DNA of 62,968 nt, counting the filler, from Chiloscyllium plagiosum (Eukaryota): NCBI RefSeq assembly GCF_004010195.1. It is 4 parts of one record of this genome, joined end to end, with 100 filler letters (N's around TTAATTAATTAA, not from the genome) between each part and the next. Parts side by side here need not be neighbours in the genome. Positions count along the whole stretch, not along the records: positions 34,354 to 51,478 come from NC_057713.1; 3 more parts are not named here. One strand, written 5' to 3'. Each line of letters opens with the position of its first letter. Within the stretch, counting starts at the first letter, position 1. Positions 39,152 to 49,381 of the stretch are shown one piece after another. Below the pieces are notes generated by a model. That model was given only the letters and a program-made list of their open reading frames with translations. It was not told the origin of the DNA and did not search any database. Position numbers and translations under genes: made by a program.

Positions 39152-40430
39152 TTCATTTGTGAGATGTGGGCATCGCTAGCTGGGCCCAGCATTTATTGCC
39201 CGTCCCTAGTTGCCCCTTGAGAAGATGGGGATGAGCTGCCTTCTTGACCTGCTGCAGTCCATGTGCTGTAGGTTGACCCACAATGCCCTTAGGGAGAGAA
39301 TTCCAGGATTTTGACCCAGTGACACTGAAGGAACAGTGATATATTTCCAAGTCAGGATGGTGAGTGACTTGGAGGGGAATGTGCAGGGGATGGTGTTCCC
39401 ATTTATTTGCTGCACTTGTCCTTCTAGATGGAAGTGGTCATGGGTTTGGAAGGTGCTGTCTGAGGATCTTTGGTGAATTTCTGCAGTGCATCTTGTAGAT
39501 AGTACACACTGCTGCTACTGGGCGTTGGTGGGGGAGGGAGTGGATGCTTGTGGATGTGGTGTCAATCAAGTGGCTGCTTTGTCCTGGATATTGACAAGCT
39601 TCTTGAGTGTTGTTGGAGCTGCCCCCATCCAGGCAAGTGGGCAGTATTCCATCACACTCCTGACTTGTGCCTTGTAGATAGTGGACAGGCTTTGAGGAGT
39701 TAGGAGATAAGTTGCTTGCTGCAGTAATCCTAGCCTCTGACCTGCTCTTGTAGCCACTGTGTTTATGTGGGGAGTGTAGTTGAGTTTCTGGTCAATGAAT
39801 AACCTCAAGGATGTTGATAGTGGGGGATTCAGTGATGGTACCACTGAACATCAAGGTGGGGTTGTTAGATTGTCTCTTATTGGTGATGGTCATAGCTTGA
39901 CATGTGTGTGGCGTGTATGTTACTTGCCATTTATTAGGCCCAGCCTGGATATTGTCCAGACCTTTTTGCATTTGAACATGGACAGCCTCTGTATCTGAGG
40001 AGTTGTGAATGGTGCTGAACATTGAGTGAACTTCCCCATTTCTAACCTTATGATGGAAGCAAAGTCATTGATGAAGCAGCTGAAGACGTTGGGTCTAGGA
40101 CACTTCCCAGTGGAACTCCTGCAGAGATGTCCTGGAGCTGAGCTGACTGACCTCCAATAACCATAACCATCTTCCTGTATGCTAGGTATAACTCCAACAA
40201 CTGGTGATTTTGCCCCCTGATACCCATTGATGCCAGTTTTGCTCAGGCTCCTTGATGCCACATTCAGTCAAAAGCAGCCTTGATGTCAAGGGTTGTCAAT
40301 CTCCCCTCCCTTCTGGAATTCAACTATTTTTTTCCTGTTCGAACCAAGGCTGTAATGAGATCAGGAGCTGAGTGGCCCTGGCAGAATTCAAACAGGGTGT
40401 CCTTGAGCTGAGCAGGTGCTGCTTGATATC
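39152..40430 (-). mobile_element. CR1/L2-group LINE 3' portion (family distinct from HER1)
   Basis: DQKLNYTPHINTVATRAGQRLGLL...LSTIYKAQVRSVMEYCPLAWMGAAPTTLKKL; 3' end ...gggcaataaatgctggg...gatgcccacatc then poly(A). Confidence 0.8.
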
Positions 40431-40454
40431 CATAACTTTCTTTTGCTTTGAAGG

Positions 40455-41147
40455 TGTAGGCCTGTACTGTACCTTTAAGAGAGTTGAAAAGCTAGTAAAG
40501 ACTGACTGAAAGCAAAGAGAGTCCTGACCAAAGTAAAAAAAAGTAACACTTGGTTGAAACAAATGGCTGGAGTTGTGTTGCTATGGAACAAAAACAAATT
40601 CAAATTTGGCCAATCCATTTAAATTATGTCCCAGATACCAAACTCCAATCAAATTTGAATTTTACTATTTGGGGTGACATCAAACCAATGAAATGATCCG
40701 AGGTTTTGGTGTATAAAATCAAACTGCCAAGGACACCGACAAGTACAAACCTCTAGCAGAACAGCTCTCTGAAAGGTATCTGTCTATAAGAAGTTTGTGC
40801 AGCAGAACATCAAAGCTGACCTAGAGAAATATCGAAAGAGGAAAAGCTACAAAGGAGAATCAACAAGACTGGCTGGATTTGAAACATGATTTTTAAAAAA
40901 TCTTAATTGGAGGTTTTATCAGGCCAGTAATGTAGAGTGGGAGGTAAAAGGTAGGTTTAAGAGAAAGGAGTTGTTGGTTTAAATAGTCTCTGTTGGTCTT
41001 AAACAATAAAATTGTTAATTTTATCTGTAAGTAGTGATCTCTGGGATATTTCTTTGCCTGTCAAAATTTAACAGATTACGACACAAGGTGAACTTTTCTG
41101 GTGTGTCAGGTTTAAATTAATGGAGGGGCTAACATCATGTTGTTATA
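40455..41147 (+). mobile_element. Probable solo LTR
   Basis: Starts TG...ctgtacctttaagagag, contains TATA-like (gtataaaa) and AATAAA motifs, ends near catgttgttata; no ORF. Confidence 0.45.
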
Positions 41148-41149
41148 TT

Positions 41150-42150
41150 TTAGCTACTTTAATATAAAATTTAACCCTTGATCCAATTGTATTTCGGTGG
41201 ATAGTCTGTTTTGGTAAAAGATTTGAGTCACTCCTCTATGATCCCTTTAGCTGTGATACTGTGTAATAGGATGGCCTGAAATCTCATAGACATATCCATT
41301 ATAGTCAACAAATACTGATTCCCACTTTCTGTTTTAGGTAGGGGTCCTGTGCAATTAATTAAGACTCTTGTAAAATGTTCCTCAAATGTGAAATGGGTAT
41401 TAAAGGTGCTGGTTTTATCACTGCCTGAGGTTTCCCAATTACCTGACACATATGACATTTCCAGCAAAATTCAACCACATCCTTGTGCAATCTAGGCGAA
41501 AAAGAATGTTTTTGTAATTTAGTTTGAGTTTTCCTTATTCCTAAATGACCTCCTACTGGTAATTCATGTGTTACCTGTAACACCATCTCTCTGTAATCCA
41601 CCAATAGTAAAACTAGAAAACACTGGAACTTTTTTATTTCTCTTTCTTCCTCATGAGTTACAGAGTTCTACTCTGTAGTCAATTATCTTTGCTATTTTCA
41701 ATGAGATCTCCTTTTCCCTTACCACCAGATGATTTCTCTTTTCTCCAATTTCTATTCCTCATGGATTGAAATTGATGCTGGAAGCCAAACTTTGCTTTAT
41801 GGATCGACTCATAATCATTTGCAATTTCCGTTGCTAATCTTGTTGGTTTAACTCTCTGCTCTTCCACGAGTTCTCACTCCTTCAGGAAGTAAATTTTTGA
41901 ACTCCTCCAAAATAATCTTCTCTCTAAGAGTGTCATATTGGTTTATTTCCAAGGCCCTTATCCACTTATCAAAATTACTTTGTTTGATTCTTTCAAACGC
42001 TACGTACCTTTGACCAGGTTCCCTCTGAGATTGCTGAAATGCTGTCTGTAGGCTTCTGGCACTTGCTCATGTGCACTTAAGATGGCTTTTTTCATCTCAT
42101 TATAGTCCCTGGATACCTCCTCTGATAGTGATGCAAATACCTTACTCGCT
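41150..42150 (-). mobile_element. Gmr1-like Gypsy remnant: SCAN-type gag joined to integrase
   Basis: VPEAYRQHF...EEQRVKPTRLATEIANDY (SCAN-like gag); HELPVGGHLGIRKT...HKDVVEFCWKCHMCQ (HHCC); RVLINCTGPLPKTESGNQYLLTIMD (integrase core). Confidence 0.75.
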
Positions 42151-42930
42151 CTACCTTCCGATTTTGTTCGGATCAACAAAGCCTACATGGTCACCAGCCA
42201 ATTCGTTTGTTCAACAAGTTTGTGCAACTTTCCATTGTGTGAAAATCCAAATGTACCACATCCAAGGATTCTCCCTTATTCAGTCTACCAGCTATTTCTT
42301 TCATTAACTCTTCACAGATTCATGCCTTTCTATTCATTTATCAGCACTGAGTCTACTCAGTTATTTTATTATTTTGTAAATATCCTTTTATCACTTGTCT
42401 TACATTCGATTCTGGCATTTTCCTTGTTGCTAGCTTTACGCTAACAGACCCTGGCTGTCATTGTTCTGCCTCCTTCATTTTCTGAACAGTGGGGGAGCAT
42501 TTTGAACCATCTGCAGGAATTCTGCAAAATTAAAGCTAATACTTCCTTCATCTCTGCAATTACCTTCCCTAAAAACTCAATGTCATCAAATTCAAGGTTT
42601 TTATTGGCTTTTTGTCCCACTAGTTACTTCAGAGTTATTTCTTTAGAAATCCTAATGTCTTTATGCCCCTAACTTTCAGTAGCCCCTTGGTTCTCCAACA
42701 ATTCCAGAATGTTCTTCTTATGTTGTTGCAGATGGATGAAGTGTATTTAAAATGTTCCCAGGATAGTTTCTCCTAAAGTTGTCCTAAGGGACCTCCATTT
42801 TCTGTCACTAATCTCTTCCTTGCTTCATACTAATGGAAACTTTTAAAATCTATCTTTAAGCTTCCAACTAATTGATATTCATTTCTTAATTATTTTCTCT
42901 CTCTTGTTTTGTGCTATCTCCCTGACTGTG

Positions 42931-43248
42931 CGGAGGTGATGCCCTTGTAGAGTTATTGCTAACTCAGTAATCTAATGATCTATGGAACATTCTGGGTTCG
43001 AGTCTTGCTATGGTGGAAATTGAATTCAGTTCTTCTAAAAAGCAGTCAAGAGCGAAGAAATGAACAATGACTATTATCGGGGAAAAGCCCACCTGACGTA
43101 TTAATGGGAAGGGAATCTGATATCCTACATGTGACTCCAGACCCATGGTAATGTGGCTGACTATTAACTTGGTAATGTGGCTGACTTTTAGTGATAAATC
43201 TTGGCAGAGCCAGTGACATGCTCATCCTGTGAGTGAATTTAAAAAAAG
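42931..43248 (+). mobile_element. tRNA-derived SINE, second family
   Basis: gggttcgagtc B box, cctacatgtgactccagaccc core, ccagtgacatgctcatcc tail plus poly(A). Confidence 0.65.
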
Positions 43249-43334
43249 ACCAGTGTGTGCTGCCTTTTAAAATCCCACCACCCCCTCCCCCTACCCCACC
43301 ACCACCGCACCTCATTGGTCTAGTTTACTATTCC

Positions 43335-43445
43335 GAGAGAAAGTAAGGAAGCAGATGCTGGAGAGTTAGAGTCAAAAAGCACAGCAGGCAAGGCAGCATC
43401 TGAGGAGCAGGACAGTCGACGTTTCAGGCATAACCCCTTCATCAC
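43335..43445 (-). mobile_element. PLE pLTR copy
   Basis: gcagatgctggag...gcacagcaggcaaggcagcatc...gtcgacgtttcaggcataaccccttcatca. Confidence 0.65.
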
Positions 43446-45211
43446 TTACTGTGCACCTTGGTATCATTTTTAACGTTTTCCTTTAATGGTTTCTCTACCT
43501 TTACTCGTTAGCCAGTTAGACCATTTCTGTTGTGGCATTTTTATTCCTGAAGGGAAAATATTATCGCTGCAAATTATAAATTAGTTCTTCAAATATATTT
43601 TATTGCCTAGATCCCATCACATCTTTTAATATACCTTACTACAAGTTTCCCAGTCCACCTTAGCCACCTCGTTACTCATTCTTAAGACATTGGCCTTGCT
43701 CAGACTGAACTAAATCACGTTCAAACTCAATATAAAATTCTATTATATTAGGATCACCACTCCACAGAGGCTCCTCTATTATTAGGTTATTAATTAACCC
43801 CATCTCCTTTCAGAATATTTCATCGATAATAGCCTGGTCCCTCTTGGCTCTTTGGGATACCCATCAAGAAAACTATCTATACTGAGCCCTCCCACTGCTC
43901 CTCTTTGCACTAATTCCTTGTACTGACCCTTTGTCCTTTACCTGTTACACTAATCTCCAAATGCTGATCCCATTATACCGATACATTGTGTACTGACACC
44001 CCTCGTACTGAGCCCCTCAGAGTGATCCCCTTACAGTGATAGCTCTTGTTCTGATACCTTGCTGATTTGATGCACTGATCCCATATGCTATTCTTGTTAT
44101 TCTTATCCCCCTTATACCGATTCCGTTATGCAAATTCCAGTTGCTGTACATTAATGCTCCTTACATTGATTCCTTGCAATGCTGGATCTGACCTCATTGT
44201 ACTCACCCCACATGGATTTAAGGGCTAATGAAGTATAAATTCATAATGAACACTTTCCTTTTAAACAAAAGAATGAAACTTTACAAGTTATTGGGAGAAT
44301 TTACTCATCTCTTCTTTCCTGTAAGTTTATAGAAAAACAAGACCTCCATATTCCTAACGTCTGCAAAACTGTTCGAATGTAAATAAGCTCTCTGTTCAAA
44401 TCATTCAGAAGTCATTAAAATGCAAGCGACATTTTCTGTGGTTAATGGCTACATCTCTCCAAAATAATTACGGAAAGTTTCCATAATTCTCATGACTCAC
44501 TGGGCAGCAGCATTGAAATCAAACCCTATTAATCCTGACATCATCACAAAAAAATCACTCAAGGGGCAGCTCGGGAGGGGCAATAAATACTGGCTGGCCA
44601 GCCAGTGACACCCGCATCCCGTTTTAGTGAATTTAAAAAACTAGAAGTTTTAAAAGAAGTGTTTAAAATCCCCAAACTATTTGATTTTCAGACCCAGGTT
44701 GATAGCAACCACAGGATTTGGCATTTAACAAGAATGATGAATTATTAGAAGTAATTAGGTTATAACTACAGATAAATAATTAAATTAAATTAAGTAAACT
44801 CTAAAATATAAAGCTCTTATGAACACTCCCTTACAAGACAAACACCACACACACACACACAGACACAGACACACACACACATACACAGACACACACACAA
44901 AGACACACATGATTGAATGGCGGAGTGGACTCGATGGGCCGAATGGCCCTACTTCCACTCCTATGTCTTATGGTCTTATGGTCTTATATAGTTAGGGGAG
45001 TGGCAAGAAAGTATTGGACATTGTGGGAAAGTGTAATATTAGAAAAACAATATATGTTATGTTGTGGGAAACCTGAATGTTAAAGTTTAGAGGAATTTTA
45101 GTATCTTATTTTGGAATTATAAGTTAAAAATGTCCACAGTACTTTAGGATTCTAACCTGCGGCCATGACACTTCCTCACATCACAAAAGAAATGAGATTC
45201 ATTACAAGGGG

Positions 45212-45445
45212 ACATACACACTCTCTCTCTCTCACTCACTCACACACACACACACACAGATACAGACAGACACACACAGATACACAGACAGACACGCACA
45301 CAGGCACAGAAACACACACACAGATACAGACAGACACACACAGACACACACAGATACACAGACAAACACACACACACAGACACAGACACAGACACACACA
45401 CAGTCTCACACACAGACACAGTCACAAACACACACTTCACACACG
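45212..45445. repeat. (CA)/(CAGA) compound microsatellite
   Basis: Direct reading. Confidence 0.9.
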
Positions 45446-45465
45446 AAATAACTGCAGGATCCTGT

Positions 45466-46507
45466 TAGAGCTGAAAATGTGTTGCTGGAAAAGCGCAGCA
45501 GGTCAGGCAGCATCCAAGGAACAGGAGAATCGACGTTTCGGGCAAAAGCCCTTCTTCAGGAATGAAGGCAGGGAGCCTCCAGGGTGGAGAGATAAATGGG
45601 AAGAACGGGTGCACACATTCGGGACACCACCCTCGCCCTCCACCGCCTCCAAGACATCCCGGTTTCCCCAGCCCCCAACGCCTCATCTTCACCATGGATA
45701 TCCAATCCCTCTACACCTCCATCTGCCATGACTAGAGCCTTCAAGCCCTCCGTTTCTTCCTCTCCCGACGTCCCCAACAGTACCCTTCCACCAACACTCT
45801 CATTCGTTTGGCCTACCAACCTTCACATAAACCAAATCATCCACCGACATTTCCGCCACCTCCAAATGGACCCCACCACCAGGAATATATTTCCCTCCCC
45901 ACCCCTTTCCGCATTCCGCAAAGACCGCTCCCTCAGTGACTACCTGGTCAGGTCCACGTCCCCCTACAACCCACCCTCCCATCCTGGCACATTCCCCTGC
46001 CACTGCAGGAACTGTAAAACCTGCGCCCACACCTCCTCCCTCATCTCTATCCAAGGCCCTAAAGGAGCCTTCCACATCCATCAAAGTTTTACCTGCACAT
46101 CCACCAATGTCATTTATTGTATCCGTTGCTCCCGATGCAGTCTCCTCTACATTTGGGGAGACTGGACGCCTCCTAGCAGAGCGCTTTAGGGAACATCTCT
46201 GGGACACCCGCACCAATCAACTATACTGCCCTGTGGCCCAACATTTCAACTCCCCCTCCCACTCTGCCGAGGACATGGAGGTCCTGGGCCTCCTTCACCG
46301 CCGCTCCCTCACCACCAGACGCCTGGAGGAAGAACGCCTCATCTTCCACCTCGGAACACTTCAACCCCAGGGCAACAATGTGGAGGGCTTTTGCCCAAAA
46401 TGTCAATTTTCCAGCTCCTCGGATGCTGCCTGACCTGCTGTGCTTTTCCAGCACCACTGTAATCTAGACTCTGATTTCCAGCATCTGCAGTCCGCACTTT
46501 TGCCTAG
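45466..46507 (+). mobile_element. Penelope-like element, internally deleted: inverted 5' pLTR, RT fragment, GIY-YIG endonuclease, 3' pLTR
   Basis: Frames give IRDTT...RLIFTMDIQSLYTSI (PLE RT motif), then GTFPCHCRNCKTC...FTCTSTNVIYCIRCSRCSLLYI/GETGRLLAERFREHL...VAQHFNSPSH...RRLEEERLIFHLGTLQPQG (Cys-rich linker plus GIY-YIG). Flanked by oppositely oriented pLTRs. Confidence 0.85.
45528..45563 (-). ncRNA. Minimal hammerhead ribozyme motif in PLE pLTR
   Basis: AUUC-CUGAAGA-A-GGGC(UUUU)GCCC-GAAAC-GUC|GAUU. Confidence 0.72.
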
Positions 46508-48067
46508 AACCTCTGTTTCTATCTGTCAGCCAGGGCTCACTGATTGGACCAGATTAACAGCCCCAATCAGGGAACTCATATTCTGTCCTCGTTACACTCA
46601 CAGCTTCCCTCTCCCTCTGAGTCCGAGGACATAAGCCGTTTTTTCCTGTAGCTCCTCCTGGGGCATTTTAGCACCGGGTCAGGTTACTCCCACTCTGTCT
46701 CTAATACGGGGGGATGGCATGTAGCTCACCTCTTGTGCCCGGAGTGTCTCAGAAGAAATCCATTCTTCTCTTCCTCAAAGGTGCCGAGGCAGTGACATCC
46801 TCCGTGTCCATCTCAGTTTCTGAGGAATTGTCAACGCTCAATAGAGAGGGAGAACTCATGGCTTTCAGAACAGTTAGGAAGGTTGTCGAGGAGCTGGGCA
46901 CATTTTGCTCCCGCACCATTTGGGAGTTTGCAGCTTTCATTCGGTCCACGTACTTATTCAGGTCGGTCACACCAACCAGAACTTTGTACATACCTGGCCC
47001 TGACCTCACATCGACCATGCCCCTTACCCACAGAGGGCCATTCCTGGGGTTCCTACACCAAACCTCATCCCCTGAAGTAAATGGTCTCTCTCAGTTAGTG
47101 GAGTCTTATTGACATTCCTGATGCTGTTTTACCCTCCACACCAGGTCCAGGAAGAACAGATTTAACCTGATGCAGAGTTTTCTCTCCAGTAGTAACTCTG
47201 CTGGAGCTGAGCCTGTAGTTGCATGACGGGTGGTCCTATAATCAAACAGGAACTGGGACAGTTTAATATTGAGTGAAGCTCCAGGCTGTTGCTTTAAGCC
47301 TGCCTTCAAAGTTTGGACTGTTCTTTCAATCAGACCATTGGATGATGGGTGATGTGCAGCTCTCCTTAAATGTTAAATACTACTTGACTTTACGAAATGC
47401 TCAAATTCCCTGCTGGTAAATGATGTCCCATTACCTGTGACCAACACTTCCCAGAGGTCGTGTATTGTAAGAGATGCACACAGTTTTTCCATCGTCGTCC
47501 CCATGTTTGATGAATGAACTCTATGCGCATCCAGTTACTTTGAGTGGGGAATGACAATGCATAGGAACATTGAGCCCACAAATGGACCTGCATAGTCGCA
47601 ATATCACCAAAGTGTGGGATTGTTTCCTGGTCAACATGCAAGGTAGCTTTGGCTCATTTGATAGTCCCTAGACCTTCCTGAAAAACATCCAAGTATTTAA
47701 TTAGGACTTCACTCAGGCAGCCATTTTCTAATGAGAAAATGTTGACCCAGTCTAGGTGAATCTTTCTCAACCAATGTTGCTCATCAAGCTCAGGCTGGAG
47801 CCTTTTACTACAACCACTGGGAACTCAACCAACTGCTGCTCGTAGGAGGCTGGAATTGAAGTTGCCCTCTTAATCTGTAAAGGTTCCCTGGATACATTCT
47901 CAGTCTAGCTGAGGTCTTCTGCAAAATTAAGGGTCAGAGTCCAGAATGAATTTTGTTAAGGACTGGTTCTGTGATCACTGAAATGTCAATGCCAGTCTTG
48001 ATATCCATTGGTGAAACTTTATTGCTGGAACAGCACAGCAGGTCAGACAGCATCTAGGGAAAAGGAG

Positions 48068-48103
48068 ATTCGACGTTTCGGGCACATGCCCTTCCTCAGG
48101 AAT
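48068..48103 (-). ncRNA. Minimal type I hammerhead ribozyme motif (PLE-type)
   Basis: Minus strand AUUC-CUGAGGA-A-GGGC(AUGU)GCCC-GAAA-C-GUC|GAAU; core intact. Confidence 0.78.
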
Positions 48104-48187
48104 GAGCAGAGAGTGTTCAGCAGGAGAAGATAAAAGGTAGGGAGGAGGGACTTGGAGGAGGGGCGTGGGAATGAACACTCTCTGCTC

Positions 48188-48223
48188 ATTCCTGAAGAAG
48201 GGCCTGTGCCCGAAACGTCGAAT
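48188..48223 (+). ncRNA. Minimal type I hammerhead ribozyme motif (PLE-type)
   Basis: AUUC-CUGAAGA-A-GGGC(CUGU)GCCC-GAAA-C-GUC|GAAU: stem I AUUC/GAAU, stem II GGGC/GCCC, palindromic ACGU in place of stem III, predicted cleavage after 48219. Confidence 0.8.
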
Positions 48224-49381
48224 CTCCTTTTCCCTAGATGCTGTCTGACCTGCTGTGCTGTTCCAGCAATAAAGTTTCAGCTTTGATCTCCAGCGTCTGC
48301 AGACCTCACTTTCTCCTCGTTGATATCCATTGGAACTGGGTGACCATTTAACCAGATGCTTATTTTGATTGGTTCTGATTTGTAAGTTGCTAAGAATGTA
48401 ACTGTTCCAGATGTAGGTGGACTTTCTAGGGTGTCTACTCTCCTGAATACCGGTCTATGAGTTCTCTTACTCCATTGGGGTCCAGTGAGACTCTTTGGCT
48501 CTCCCTAGTCCATATACTGGCAACAACTACAATGGCTTACCGGCCCAGATCCTGAAGAAAATGCTAACCATTTGGCTGAGGATTGGCTTTGTTTGAGGTT
48601 TTGCTGTGTGCTGACCCACAGTCCCTCTGTTCAGGTTATGTATGTTGCTATGAGGCTATGCAATTGCCTGCGCTCAAGTGGTGTTCCCCAAGCTCAACTA
48701 TTCCATCCTTTATGGGAGACTCTAGCATTTTCCCAATAGCAGACATTAGGTTAACTGGCCCATAGTTACCAGCTTTTTTTGTACCTATCCCTTTTTAAAT
48801 AAGAGTGTTACGTTGGTAGTTTTCCAATCCTCTAGCACTTCTCCAGAGTTTCTGGATTCCTGGCAGATTACTCCCAGTGCATCCACTATCTCCCTTTGAG
48901 ATGCATCCCATCAGGTCCAGTCTTTAGCTCCATTAGTTTCTCTAGCACCTTTTCTCTAATAATACTTTTTGTATTTATTTCACCATTTCCTTTCGCCCCT
49001 TGATATTGAGTAATTTTGGAATACGGTTAATGTCTTCTATTGGGACGATTGATGCTAAGTATTTATTCAACTCGTCTGCCATTTCCTGGTTCCTCCCATT
49101 TTCTGAGGGGCCATTGTTTATTATTCAGCTACTAAATGGCTCTGCAACCTCAGCTCGACTCACTCGCATGCAGATACACAGTGTAACCAGCTATCCAGAG
49201 TATCTGGGTGGTGGGAAGCAAGTGTCAGGAAATGGCAAGTGGGAGATGGAAAGCAATGGATGATAGTGTCAAAAAGTAGCAAGTGGTCAGAATAATAAGC
49301 AGAAAGAGGATTTTGGATTTAAGGTTTTTAACGCAAACAGTACAGATTAAAAACATGATTCACCCTTAACACCTGCTTTCT

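Larger units (their letters stand above)
48012..48319. mobile_element. Short non-autonomous Penelope-derived fold-back element with two inverted pLTR copies, each carrying a hammerhead ribozyme
   Basis: 107-bp inverted arms at 48012-48118 and 48173-48279 (2 mismatches), 14-bp direct TSD TTGATATCCATTGG (47998-48011, 48320-48333), inserted in the protease region of a Gypsy element. Confidence 0.85.
46510..48700 (-). mobile_element. Gypsy/Ty3 LTR retrotransposon remnant (protease, integrase, PPT, part of 3' LTR), RT-RNaseH deleted
   Basis: Minus frames give VNGHPVPMDI(K)TG protease-like, VFQEGLGTIKxAKATLHVDQE, and integrase HPSSNGLIERTVQTLKAGLK...FLFDYRTT.HATTG.APAELL. A purine tract precedes the LTR starting TGTAAC near 46596. 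Confidence 0.8.

Noticed and set aside
45165..45731. 188-aa His/Thr-rich ORF
   Set aside because: CA microsatellite read through into a PLE pLTR.
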